A stretch of DNA of 64,000 bases from Owenia fusiformis. Taxonomy: Eukaryota. The first letter of the stretch is position 1; each line of letters opens with the position of its first letter. Shown here piece by piece: positions 39,483 to 58,537 of this stretch. The translations under genes were made by a program, and so were the position numbers. The stretch covers positions 30,752,001 through 30,816,000 of the forward strand of contig CAIIXF020000001.1 in assembly GCA_903813345.2 (NCBI GenBank). The letters run 5' to 3'. The notes beneath the pieces were generated by a model, which was not told the origin of the DNA, made no database searches, and saw only the letters and a program-made list of their open reading frames with translations.

Positions 39483-41513
39483 ATCATCTAATTAGACTAG
39501 GCTTCCAGGACATGACTAAATGTGAAATAAACTATTATTAAACTAAACTAAAAAGTAAATGTGAAACCTCAGTAAATAGCAGTCATTGCAACAGACACAG
39601 CACTGAAGCAGTATTATCAAATATACCAAATAATAATTGATTCTTTAGTTGTAAATGTTCATCAATTTCTTCGTAAAAAGCCTCATGCAAAGTACGAAAA
39701 TATTTTTTAATCATACGAATAGTATTTCTCATTACTTTTTCATGAAAGCTGTATTGCCTTTTATTCTGACCAAAAATACTTCATGCTTCTAAAACCCCAA
39801 ATAGCTCATAGATAACTATCCATGCCTATGATGTCACACATGTGCCGTTTTCTTAAAAAAATTGCTGTATACCTTTTCTTGTATATTTTTTTCATTAGAT
39901 TGACAAACATGGCATAATTTTACACAAATGATATTAATGAAACACAACTTAGATCTGACAAGATTCTTGTTTTTATTTGAGTCTCTTTATGGTGGTAGCC
40001 TAATCATGACAGCTATTTTGCTAAGTGTTTTTTGTTTTGTTTTTTTTGTCAGAAAGTCGTCTTTTATTTAAATGTATCCTCTATTACCACAAGTGATTTA
40101 CATATTTTATGTATTTATGTGTATTTGAATTAAAAATAAATAAGTAATTTTTTAAGAATTTTTTCATTTTTTATTTATATAAGTTCATTCTAACTGTATT
40201 ATACTACAGTATACAAAAACATGTCATATAAATAGTGCCTACACTATAGTAATGTGTCACAAGGCATTTGGCAGGTTTTACATCACTTGGTCTTAGGGTA
40301 TGGCTGGTCCCTTTTTGAATAACTGACAGGTTTGATAATTATGATAATACAAAAACTTTACTTAGAAATTGTAACTTTGGCTAAATTCATGCTCTTTAAT
40401 TTGGCAAAGGACCAGGTACATGACTAAATGTGAAATCCCAAGGAGAATACAAGGCATTAATAAGCAAAATGTCACCACCAGCCATAAGTTACAGATGCCG
40501 AACTCAAAAACCAGCCGCCGAACCCCCATAAAAAAGTTGGGAGACTATAACAATATGTCAGCACTTATCGTAGTGACATGAAAATCATCAATTTGACTCT
40601 CTGGAAAGCCATACGTAATGGAACACCATATAATATACCTGATATTATTAAATAACAAGGCATTAACATGCAAAATGTCACTACATGCCTTTTGTTACAG
40701 ACACCAAACATCAACTGCTAAATACCGAACACCATTCACTAAGAAGTTGGAGACTATAACAATATGACATCACTTTTGGTGGTGACATAAAAATGCTATT
40801 ATTCTTGGATACAGAAAATAACTGATTTCACTTGAGAGACCTATTTTCTGTATTTGACTTGAATCATTGAATAACTAATATCATGAGTACTAACCAGACA
40901 GACCAGACTAAGATAAGCCAAGTTTACTAATACATATAGCCATGAAAGATACAGCTGAGTAAAGTCACAGTATCATGAGGCCTACTTATTAGTACCTATG
41001 TCATCATGTAGTATCACCAAGCCAAGTGTTAGAAGTCAAAGCGTTTTACAATGTTATTGTGTTACATGACAATGTTGGTCATATGGGCCAGATTATTAGA
41101 AGTTGCTCAATAGAATAATCAGCCCTTAGCACAGGATTTCATTCTGTGTTTTCATTAACTAATACAAAATATCACATACATGTACATTCTACTTTCATAA
41201 ATGATCCTTGTCCCTATTTCTCAAAGAAATGCTGAATTTCAATTGTGTCTTTAATGAGGAAACCATGACAATATCATTAAACAATATTTAAGACGACCCC
41301 CAAACAGGACACACAAACAAAAATTGGAGCTCTACAAAAATCAACAAAAAGTGGGATAAATGAGAACAATTTGGAAAACAAATTTACTCTAAATGGATAT
41401 AAAGACATAAGGAACATTTTGACTGATTTTCAGTGAAAAATTCTCGGAACTTTACAAGATATTGAACAGGAAAATTTTTGGATAAAATACATAAAAAGAA
41501 ATTGACTTATATA

Positions 41514-41811
41514 CTGTAAAACGGGTAATTTTGACACCGGGAAATTTTAGCGATTTTTCAATTTTAGGGGGTTTTAGCGCGAGAAATCTTAGCGAAATGA
41601 AGATTAATCTTTAAAAAATCAAATTAGCGAAATGCATTAGCAAGAGAATTTAAGCAATATCATTGGTTGTTGAACCGTGTTCAATTAACACCTTTTATCT
41701 TTGGCTATGGATGGCTATTTATCCTTCAGATATTGAAAGCGAATGAGAATTTTTAGCGAAACTATAGCGATCGTTAACAATTACCCCTCGCTAACAATAC
41801 CCGTTTTACAG
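41514..41811. mobile_element. Tc1/mariner/pogo-type MITE
   Basis: TA|CTGTAAAACGGGTA...TACCCGTTTTACAG|TA with TTAGCGA subrepeats. Confidence 0.75.
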
Positions 41812-41993
41812 TATTGCCTTGTACAAACATAAACCTTCACCACAGTACAGTAGATCAGCAAGCATTACATAATATTGACTTAGATTTATGCATGCACATG
41901 TGGACTTATAGCTAATACAAAGGCAATTAAAAAGTACAACACCTTTCTAAAACCACAAACATAAACGCCTAGGGACCATCTCAAAAACATTAT

Positions 41994-43370
41994 ATGATCA
42001 TGTCTGTAATAACTAGAAACCTAACATTAAAGTGCAGTCTTAGAGACTCTGGATATGCAAAGGAAATCGATGTACTTGAAGGATTATATCACATTGGAAT
42101 AGGAGAAAAGGATATTGATGCCATACAAATAAATAGAAGAGAAATTCACGTAACCTTCAAGAATAGAGAAGCAAAGACCGTTGCAACAGCTATGGATATA
42201 AAAGTAAATGGTCATTCGGTAAAGATGTGTGACGTAGAGAACAATACTACAAACGTGACCCTAAAAGATATACCAATACAAGTGTCAGATCAAGTAGTTA
42301 ATGCTTATTTGACTGGATACGCTACAGTTCTCAATGAAATCAGCCATGGATACGTAAGAATGCCAGATGGTACCAAGACAAATATCCGCAATGGCATTAG
42401 GTACATTTCAGTTGTTGATATTAAAGAACCAATACCAAGTGCTCCCATTATTGCTGGATTCCATGGAAGACTTTCATATCAAGGTCAACCTTGTAACATA
42501 TGCAAACTCACAGACCACCCATGGTGGAGGTGTCCTTTAAAGGGAGTGCGTAAATGTTACACGTGTGGCAGCACAGACCACATTGTATCTCAGTGTACAG
42601 GACGTGATAACAAAAATGAAAAGGAAAAAGTGATTGAGAAAGATGAAGACGAACACATAGAGAAAGATGAGCAGAAATCAGCCACTACAGAAGAAGATAC
42701 CAAGAAACCTGACACAATACTAACTGGCGGCTCGATTGCTAAAGGTATCAGCACAATAATGAAGACAGCAGTCCCAGCATGTCAAAGTGGGGCTAAGATA
42801 GAACATGTCCCAGGCCTACTTCAGAAAACAGGGGACAACGAAGAAATCAAATATGTAGTAATGCAAGTTGGTGCAAATAATATTGTATATAGCAATGAGG
42901 CACCAGATGTTTGCCTTGACAAATACGACCGCATGGTGGATGAGGTACACAAGAAATACCCATCATCAATTATAGTTGCAAGTAGTGTTACCCCCGTACA
43001 TCCATCCACAGGCAAAAACTCCAAGATGCAATCTAAAATAACAAAGACAAATAAGCTCATTAATATGATGTGCAAATCGAAGGATTTCACCACTTTTGTG
43101 GATAATGACAAGGTTCTACTATGCAGCGATGGCAAAACTTCACCTAAAGACTATTCAAGCAATGATACCAAAGGTGTCCATCTTTCTCTACATGGATCTG
43201 CTAAAGTGGCCCGCAACATCATGGATACCCTAAAAGGAATTGAGATGGACGATGCAACTTTCCAAACCCCCCCTACCAACAAGAGGAAAGAGAGAGGATC
43301 ATCATCTACACCAACATCTGCGGAAAAGCAACCTGAAACAAAAAGCAAAAAATTAGGGAGTTACTCATGA
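41994..43370 (+). CDS. LINE ORF1p: Tx1-type N-terminus, two CCHC zinc knuckles, SGNH/GDSL esterase-like domain
   Basis: CNICKLTDHPWWRC, CYTCGSTDHIVSQC; then ILTGGSIAKG, CQSGAKI, VVMQVGANN, FVDN, KGVHLSLHGSAKVA. Confidence 0.88.
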   Translation: MIMSVITRNLTLKCSLRDSGYAKEIDVLEGLYHIGIGEKDIDAIQINRREIHVTFKNREAKTVATAMDIKVNGHSVKMCDVENNTTNVTLKDIPIQVSDQVVNAYLTGYATVLNEISHGYVRMPDGTKTNIRNGIRYISVVDIKEPIPSAPIIAGFHGRLSYQGQPCNICKLTDHPWWRCPLKGVRKCYTCGSTDHIVSQCTGRDNKNEKEKVIEKDEDEHIEKDEQKSATTEEDTKKPDTILTGGSIAKGISTIMKTAVPACQSGAKIEHVPGLLQKTGDNEEIKYVVMQVGANNIVYSNEAPDVCLDKYDRMVDEVHKKYPSSIIVASSVTPVHPSTGKNSKMQSKITKTNKLINMMCKSKDFTTFVDNDKVLLCSDGKTSPKDYSSNDTKGVHLSLHGSAKVARNIMDTLKGIEMDDATFQTPPTNKRKERGSSSTPTSAEKQPETKSKKLGSYS

Positions 43371-43384
43371 ACTTTTATTAACTC

Positions 43385-46300
43385 ATGGACAAGCTGAGAC
43401 TATTGACCCTCAATGTGAGGGGACTCAATAATGATAATAAGAGACGAAAATTATTTAAATGGATAAAAGATCAAAAACCAGACATTGTATGTTTACAAGA
43501 AACCTTTTGTTCAAAAACATTTATCAACACTTTTAACTCTTCATGGAAAGGAAAGGTGTATCACAGTGTAACAGATTCTAATCATTCTAGAGGCGTTGCA
43601 ATTTTATTCAGTGATACTATAAGTGATCTGTGCATAGTTCAAAATTCTCATTATACTAATGATGGGAGAGCAGTCCTTGTAAATTTTGAGCTAAATGGTG
43701 ATACTTTCACAAGCATCTCCATTTATGCTCCCAACGAAATTTCAAAGCGATGCACATTCTTTAAAAATATTAACGATTGGATTGTTGAGAATGCTGTGAA
43801 TCTAGATAATCTTTTAATAACAGGCGACTTCAACTGCTGTATAAATAAGGAAGACAGAATTAATACTACACAAATAAGGCCAGATCGCAGCAAATTTTAT
43901 TTTGAAAAAATGATAAATGACTTAAACATAACTGATGCATGGACCTCTTTAAATAATAAAAAACCGGGATTCACATTTTTTGATAAAACAAATAACTGTA
44001 AAAGTAGAATTGATTACATATTCAAATCAGTCGATAGTTTTTGTGAACTAAAAAGATCATATATTCTACAGGCTCTTGACAGAGACCATCGAGCTATTGT
44101 ATGTGATTTTAAAGTGTGCAAAAAGTCAAAGGGTAAAGGGTATTGGAAACTAAATGGAAGCTTACTTAATGATGAAAACTATGTCAATAAAATCAAGCAA
44201 TGTATTCAAAATGTTAAAATGAACTATAACAAGATAAAATCTAAAAGAGCCTTTTGGGAAATTTTAAAAGTTAAAATCAAAGAAGTATCTATTAGGTACT
44301 CTATCAAAAAAAAGCGAATCGAAAAAAACGAGAGTAAAGAACTTCAAGAAAAGATTGATGATATAAATACTTTTATTGAAAGATGTACAGATACTGATAT
44401 AACAAATAAGCTGAAAAAGAAGAAAGCAACAATGGAATCAAAATTAGATTTATTTTATGAAAAAAAGGTTCAAGGTGAACAAATAAGATCAAAAGCAAAA
44501 TGGGTTGAATATGGAGAAAGAAACTCAAAATATTTTTTAACTTTAGAAAAATCAAGGCAAAGTTCAAATGTGATTGATAAAGTGCGTACTGAAAAAGGTA
44601 TTGTTACCAAAGATCTTGATATACTAAATGAAGCCAAATTGTTTTTTCAAAAATTATACTCAAAAGATAATATACCAAACACTGATGTAGATAATTATTT
44701 AGATAATGTAATTCTTAATCGTACTTTAACACATACAGAAAAAGCAATATGCGATAATGATATACTTCAATCTGAAATAGAATATGCAGTTAAGAATCTA
44801 AAGAAAAATAAAAGTCCAGGAATGGATGGAATAATTCCTGAATTTTATCAATATTTCTGGGATGATTTAAAAGAAATGTATTATGAACTCTTACATGAAA
44901 TTTTTGAAAAAGGATCTATGTCTGAAACAATGAGATTATCAATACTTACCTTACTATATAAAAAGGGTGATAAGCAGATCTTATCAAATTATAGGCCGTT
45001 AAGTCTTTCCAACTATGACTACAAAATTTTAGCATTTGTTTTGGCAAAGCGTTTACAGATAGTAATAAAGAAATTGATTAATGTTGATCAGTCAGCTTAT
45101 TTACCGGGTCGGAACATAGGATACAATGCTCGATTAATTTTAGATATGATTGAATATACAGATATTGAGGATATACCAGGTCTTTTGATATGTTTAGATT
45201 TTGAAAAGGCATTTGATTCGTTAAATTGGAACTTTATGTACAAAACAATCGAAAAATTTAACTTTGGAGAAAATTTTAAAAAATGGATCAAAATTGTATA
45301 TCAAAGTCCAATTATGAAAATAAAAAATAATGGTTGGTTTTCAGATAACATTCAAATGGAAAGGGGTGTACGCCAAGGCTGCCCAATATCAGCTTTATTA
45401 TTCATTTTAACAACAGAAATTTTGACTAATGTAATAAAAAATGAAAAGAACATAGAAGGTATTAAAATCGAAGCAAAAGAAGTAAAAATTATACAGCACG
45501 CAGATGATACAACCCTGTTAGTATCAAATGAAAATTCTTTAAACATTGCACTTGAAAAAATTAAATCATTTTCAAAAGTCACAGGATTGAATCTAAATAT
45601 TAAAAAAAGTAATGGAATAAAACTTGGAACTTTTCAAAACAATGAGAGGGAAAGCATTTCAGGCATTCACTTTCCAGAAACCCCAATCAAATGCCTAGGC
45701 ATTTATATTGGCCAAAATAAACCACAATGTGAAACTCTAAATTGGGAATCAAAAATAAAAACACTAAGGAAAACACTTAACATTTGGAAATGTAGAAAAC
45801 TTACTCTTTTTGGAAAAGCCCAAATTATAAACTCCTTAGCAATATCTAAATTAATTTACAATTTTTCTGTACTCGAAATGAATGATAATGTAGTAAAAGA
45901 AATAGACAGCATACTCTTTGATTTTCTGTGGAATGGGAGAGACAGAATAAAAAGAAAAACTGTAATACGAATGGTGAAAAATGGAGGCTTAAACATTATT
46001 GATACTAAAATAAAAATACAAAGTTTAAAATCAGTTTGGGTTAATAAACTTCTAACTAGTGAAACATCCTGGAGACTTTTTCCAAGTTATTTGATAAATA
46101 AAACAGGTCTATGTCTAAAAACATTTCTAAAGTGTAATTTTAACCACGATGTAGCACCTAAAGAGCTGTATATATTTACACCTTTTTACAAGGAAGTGTT
46201 CTACTCTTTTAATAAGTGCAAAACATACAGGAATAATAATGAAATGAACAATGATGACATTTTAAGAGAAATCATTTGGCTAAATAAAAGATTTTTATCT

Positions 46301-47164
46301 AAAGGCAAGACACTACTATATAAGAACTGGATTAAATCAGGTTTTATATATGTTAAAGATTTCTTCAATAATGATGGAACTTTTAAAAGTAGTAACACTT
46401 TCATTCAAATTTTAGAAGAAAAAAGAAACTGGATGGTAGAATTAAGTATCCTTAAAGATACAATTATGAAAATATGTAAATATATTGGAAAGGAAAATTT
46501 ACCTTACCTAAATGAGAATAACAAACCGATTTTTTTAATGGAAAATCATTTTGTTGATATACAAAATAAGAAAGCTAAATTCTTTTATAATATCCTACAA
46601 AATCAAATATCTGAAAGGAATATGAATGAATTTAATTGGAAAAAATTATTTGGTATAAAGCAACAAATCTGGGAAGATATTTATCAGCAAAAGGTAAAAG
46701 ACATGACATACAAATATTTCTCTGAATTTAACTTCAAAACCATTCATAACATACTGGCATGTGGAAGCACAGTGTCAAAATGGAACAAAAATGTTTCAAG
46801 CATGTGTCTTATCTGCAATAAAACTCATGATATGAAACATATGTTATATGAATGTAAAAAAGTAAAACATATATGGCAAGAATTAGGTATACAATTAAAA
46901 TGTGAAATCATGTATAAACATATTGTTATAGGATTTTTATCTGGAAATAACATCACCAACTTCAGGAATGTCATTATAACAATTTTAGGGATCACAATAT
47001 ATAACAACTGGTGTAAATTTTCTGAAGACAATAATAGTTGGAAACTATTTGACATTCGAACAACTTTCATAAGAAATTTACAATATTATTCCTGCTTATT
47101 TAAACTCATAAAAAAGGACTACAATTTGTCTATATGGATTGAAAACATCGTTAAGAACTTTTGA
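43385..47164 (+). CDS. LINE ORF2p: APE endonuclease, reverse transcriptase, C-terminal Cys/His zinc finger
   Basis: LTLNVRGL, LQET, SIYAPN, GDFN, SRIDY, DH; GYWKLN, KSPGMDG, YRPLSL, LDFEKAFD, GVRQGCPIS, QHADD, CLGIYI; CLIC...HMLYEC. Confidence 0.96.
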   Translation: MDKLRLLTLNVRGLNNDNKRRKLFKWIKDQKPDIVCLQETFCSKTFINTFNSSWKGKVYHSVTDSNHSRGVAILFSDTISDLCIVQNSHYTNDGRAVLVNFELNGDTFTSISIYAPNEISKRCTFFKNINDWIVENAVNLDNLLITGDFNCCINKEDRINTTQIRPDRSKFYFEKMINDLNITDAWTSLNNKKPGFTFFDKTNNCKSRIDYIFKSVDSFCELKRSYILQALDRDHRAIVCDFKVCKKSKGKGYWKLNGSLLNDENYVNKIKQCIQNVKMNYNKIKSKRAFWEILKVKIKEVSIRYSIKKKRIEKNESKELQEKIDDINTFIERCTDTDITNKLKKKKATMESKLDLFYEKKVQGEQIRSKAKWVEYGERNSKYFLTLEKSRQSSNVIDKVRTEKGIVTKDLDILNEAKLFFQKLYSKDNIPNTDVDNYLDNVILNRTLTHTEKAICDNDILQSEIEYAVKNLKKNKSPGMDGIIPEFYQYFWDDLKEMYYELLHEIFEKGSMSETMRLSILTLLYKKGDKQILSNYRPLSLSNYDYKILAFVLAKRLQIVIKKLINVDQSAYLPGRNIGYNARLILDMIEYTDIEDIPGLLICLDFEKAFDSLNWNFMYKTIEKFNFGENFKKWIKIVYQSPIMKIKNNGWFSDNIQMERGVRQGCPISALLFILTTEILTNVIKNEKNIEGIKIEAKEVKIIQHADDTTLLVSNENSLNIALEKIKSFSKVTGLNLNIKKSNGIKLGTFQNNERESISGIHFPETPIKCLGIYIGQNKPQCETLNWESKIKTLRKTLNIWKCRKLTLFGKAQIINSLAISKLIYNFSVLEMNDNVVKEIDSILFDFLWNGRDRIKRKTVIRMVKNGGLNIIDTKIKIQSLKSVWVNKLLTSETSWRLFPSYLINKTGLCLKTFLKCNFNHDVAPKELYIFTPFYKEVFYSFNKCKTYRNNNEMNNDDILREIIWLNKRFLSKGKTLLYKNWIKSGFIYVKDFFNNDGTFKSSNTFIQILEEKRNWMVELSILKDTIMKICKYIGKENLPYLNENNKPIFLMENHFVDIQNKKAKFFYNILQNQISERNMNEFNWKKLFGIKQQIWEDIYQQKVKDMTYKYFSEFNFKTIHNILACGSTVSKWNKNVSSMCLICNKTHDMKHMLYECKKVKHIWQELGIQLKCEIMYKHIVIGFLSGNNITNFRNVIITILGITIYNNWCKFSEDNNSWKLFDIRTTFIRNLQYYSCLFKLIKKDYNLSIWIENIVKNF

Positions 47165-47270
47165 AAAAAACAAACATTTATCTTTATCAAGATTTTTGTA
47201 AAACAATTTTTGTGAATCCTGCTTATACGCAATTTATTGTATTGTTATTGTACATGTTTAATATTTGTGA

Positions 47271-47308
<38 letters not shown>

Positions 47309-47856
47309 AAACAAATTCAATTTCAAAATTCAGAATATTTTTGACTAAAATCCTTGTCATGAAATGCAAGCCCTAAAAGTAATCCACATTTGGGGTTTGG
47401 TCAAAATGTCCATGCTTTTTTCCAAAAGTCATCTAACTAAGGATTATTTCAAAGGTCCATTTCCTCCCCTATTCATTATGGCCATTGAAATGACAAATCT
47501 AATTTTGCCTAAATATGACATACTGATACTTTGAATTTAATTTAGGGACCAGAGGCAACTTTACATGGTTGATGTATGGGACAGATTTCACACAGACTAC
47601 TGAGGCTGTTAAATGTAAATGCATGTAGTTCACAGATAAATGGCCATATAATATCTGTTGGGTTGGCGGAATGGATCTGAAAGATGACAAGGAAAATAAA
47701 AGAAAACAATTTGGGCTCATGCTAAATTTGCTAGGAGAATGAGGCCCAAAAAGGCCTCTGTACTATTTTCAATGAGGCAAGGTACTACTAAATGCAAAAC
47801 TCAACCTGATTAGGTAAATTTTCCTAAATTGTATAATTGCCTAAACTTCATTCACA

Positions 47857-55638
<7,782 letters not shown>

Positions 55639-56399
55639 CTTGAACTCAGAGCCCTACATTTATTTGAAAGATAGTTTTACTTCAGAATTTATTTGTATTT
55701 GCACATTAATAATTGAAATACTTTAAGTGAACAAAATAAACTAACTTATATTGTTATATTTTATCATTTCAATTACTTCTCATCATTAGTTTTAAGGAAG
55801 AAATATTGCCATTTATAAATATACTACAACGTCTCTCCATGAAATGGTAGCTCAGTATAAGTAAAGGTCCCGGATATTGCAGCCCGCAAATTACGAAATT
55901 TATGTTGAATGTTTTACCATAAATACCCACGCGATTATACAGCTAATGAACTGCAAATAGTTTTGACAACACTCTTTTAAAGATCTGGATGTCGAACGAG
56001 GAATACTACGAATGAAATTTAGGTCGTGGCCCGAGTGTGAAATCGAATTTCATTCTCTCTGGAGAGAGTCTCTCAGAATCGGTTAGATCTACTGAACACA
56101 GCTGGCTCAAAACCCAGATCGGTAGAGAATCGGCTACTGTAACCCCTGGGACTGTAACTGTATGCTTACTTAATCTATAGTCCTAGCCTCAGCCTGGGAC
56201 CTCCAGCTTTGATAAGATTACAGGTACACAGGCAAATTACATCGGACCCCGTACAAGCCTGTCTAACAACGGGCCCTGTACAACCTTTTCGTTACGAGTC
56301 TCGTAATTGCTTGTAATTTTCGAGCCTTGTAAGAGCTTGTTATTACAAGGCCCGTAATAACTTGTAATTTTCTACCCTCTTACTTGACTGTACGGTGCC

Positions 56400-57493
56400 T
56401 AGAGTCCATTTCACTGCTTCATTTCGTCAGTAGAACGGCAAAAATAAGAAATTGGGAGATCATTGTGCTATAATATATGGAAAAGTATATTCATAATGTA
56501 CATGAATGACATTTGTATATTTCAGATTTTTAATTTTTTTTGTGCAATAAGCCCGTGCCGTCTTGTAATTTGAAGAATTTCAGCCATGTTAATCTTATTG
56601 AAAATAACATGGCAGAGAAACATCCAAATATAAGAGGCCACACACTTTATAAGCCAAACTAGAAGCAATCCAAGATATACAAATGTCATTCATGTACATT
56701 ATGAATATACTTTTCCATATAGTATTACATACCTAGCGAAGCATTTGTATGGAAGTCAATGGGAAAGTTAGCGAGCTATATCCACCGATATTGCCCGATT
56801 ACCCCGATATAGCCCGCTTACTTCGTTTTGATATTAGATTTCTTTAATAACCATGATAATATCATGACGTCACGTCATTGATACAAAGTAACCATGGGAA
56901 CAAAGGCATGTAATACATCAGTTATGTCACTATGACGTGAAATATGCCTTCGTTCTTGCCCAAATATAGAGCCTCTCAAGGTCGGCCTATATTGGGAGAA
57001 CTCAGGCATATTTCACGTCATAGTGACATACCCTCTAATTATTGCACAATGGTCTCCCAATTTCTTATTTTTGCCGTTCTACTGACGTAATGAAGCAGTG
57101 AAATGGACTCTAGACTATATCCTCTAGTCTGAAATTTTTTTGAAATTTGGTATGAAAATATTCAGACTATAGCCCATATATGTTAAAACTTGGGATTGAA
57201 AATTATTTGTTTACATAGGAAGTGCCATTCAAAATGGCCAACTGGGTAAATTAATTTGCATATTTGTTACTTACCCTAGCTTTATTTCCATTTGACATTA
57301 TGCTGTCTTACTTTTTATGGCATTTAATTGTACCTTACTACTTAATTGAATTGTTTTAATGCTTATTTTTGGAGAGTGAAGTTTCCTAAAATTGATAATT
57401 GTGTGCAGGAAATTTCCTGTTTTTTCCCACAGGAGGGACATAATGATCAATAGACTGAATTCTCAGGAAATTCAGTCTATTGGATATAGACTA
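56400..57493. mobile_element. Nested composite: TAG...CTA element with 10-bp TSD, carrying a GAGTCC MITE that carries a hairpin element
   Basis: GTACGGTGCC on both flanks; TAGACTATATCC/GGATATAGACTA termini; MITE 56402-57110; hairpin insert ~56722-57040. Confidence 0.7.
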
Positions 57494-58433
57494 GTACGGT
57501 GCCTAGCCCCGTAATAAATCGTAATTTTCAATCCCTGTACTTGCTCGTATGGTGGCTGTTACGAGGCCCGTAATAGCTCGTAATTTTCGAGCCTTATACT
57601 TGCCTGTGCGATACCCGTAACAAGGCCCATAATCGCTTGTAATTTTTGAGCACTGTACATCGACGTATGGGGCTTGTAACGATGCTCGTAATTGCTCGCT
57701 TATTTTGATGAACACTTTTTGATCGATGAAACTAAATACAGAATACTTGAGAAATTACATTTCAATTTAATTTAATTATGAATTATATGTCTTCAATTCA
57801 AAAGTTTCAAAATATTTGCATGTCTGTATCACCATGATGAAAAGTATAAAAGCTAGGAAACAAAATAAACAGGGTTATCAATGGGAGACACGACCATATT
57901 TCTCTACAAGGGAAGTAAATGCATATAAAAACATTTGTGTGTGATATTGGAGTACGTTGAAGTGTGATGTATTAGATAAATGTTATTGTTATCGAATCTA
58001 TGAAATATGTTTGAAATGAGGAATATATAGCGCGTTGTAACAGTTATATAAGTGAATGTTGTAGTATGACATTAAATAACTTTTTACGTGCTGTAAAAGA
58101 GTCTGATGATGGGCCTTATACGAGTCCGAAATTACGAGCCTCGTACATTGCTCATATGGGCCTCAAAAACAACAATTACGAGCATCGTACGGGCCTCGAA
58201 AACAAGCTCCGTTATTTGCATGTGTATTATAAAAGATATTTGAGTTGTTTTGTAATGGATCATTCAGATCTTTCAGGGGTTAGAAGTCCATGGGAACATG
58301 GTACCGTATTATGATATAGCGCTTGCAAGAGCCAATTATGGGATTTACCTATTTCAGAGTCTATCTGATCTGTAAGTAATAGGACAGCCTTTAATCCAAG
58401 GTATATATCATTTAGTAATCGCAACACCTGAAA

Positions 58434-58537
58434 TAGCCATGCCCAAGTCGGTCTCTTTTACTATCTTGATTTCTATTATGACCGCCGGTAATAATTCAAG
58501 ATCAAATAAGTAAAAAATACCGACTTGGGCAAGGCTA
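58434..58537. mobile_element. 104-bp MITE, TAG...CTA termini, 9-bp TSD
   Basis: CACCTGAAA|TAGCCATGCCCAAGTCGGT...ACCGACTTGGGCAAGGCTA|CACCTGAAA. Confidence 0.8.

Larger units (their letters stand above)
41932..47306 (+). mobile_element. Non-LTR retrotransposon (L1/Tx1 group) with both ORFs intact
   Basis: Two uninterrupted ORFs 14 nt apart, ~105-nt 3' UTR, AATAAA running into ~34 A (47273-47306); candidate TSD AATTAAA (41925-41931 / 47305-47311); 5' boundary uncertain. Confidence 0.93.

Noticed and set aside
41276..41284. Alternative LINE TSD ATTAAACAA implying a 5' end at ~41285
   Set aside because: Would place a separate MITE (41514-41811) inside the UTR of an apparently young LINE; disfavoured but not excluded.
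42821..47070. Short antisense ORFs inside the LINE
   Set aside because: Shadows of the sense ORFs with no motifs.
47273..47400. Site-specific Tx1 insertion into a tRNA, snRNA, rRNA or microsatellite target
   Set aside because: No recognisable RNA gene or microsatellite on either flank; no tRNA or rRNA gene was recognised anywhere in the window.
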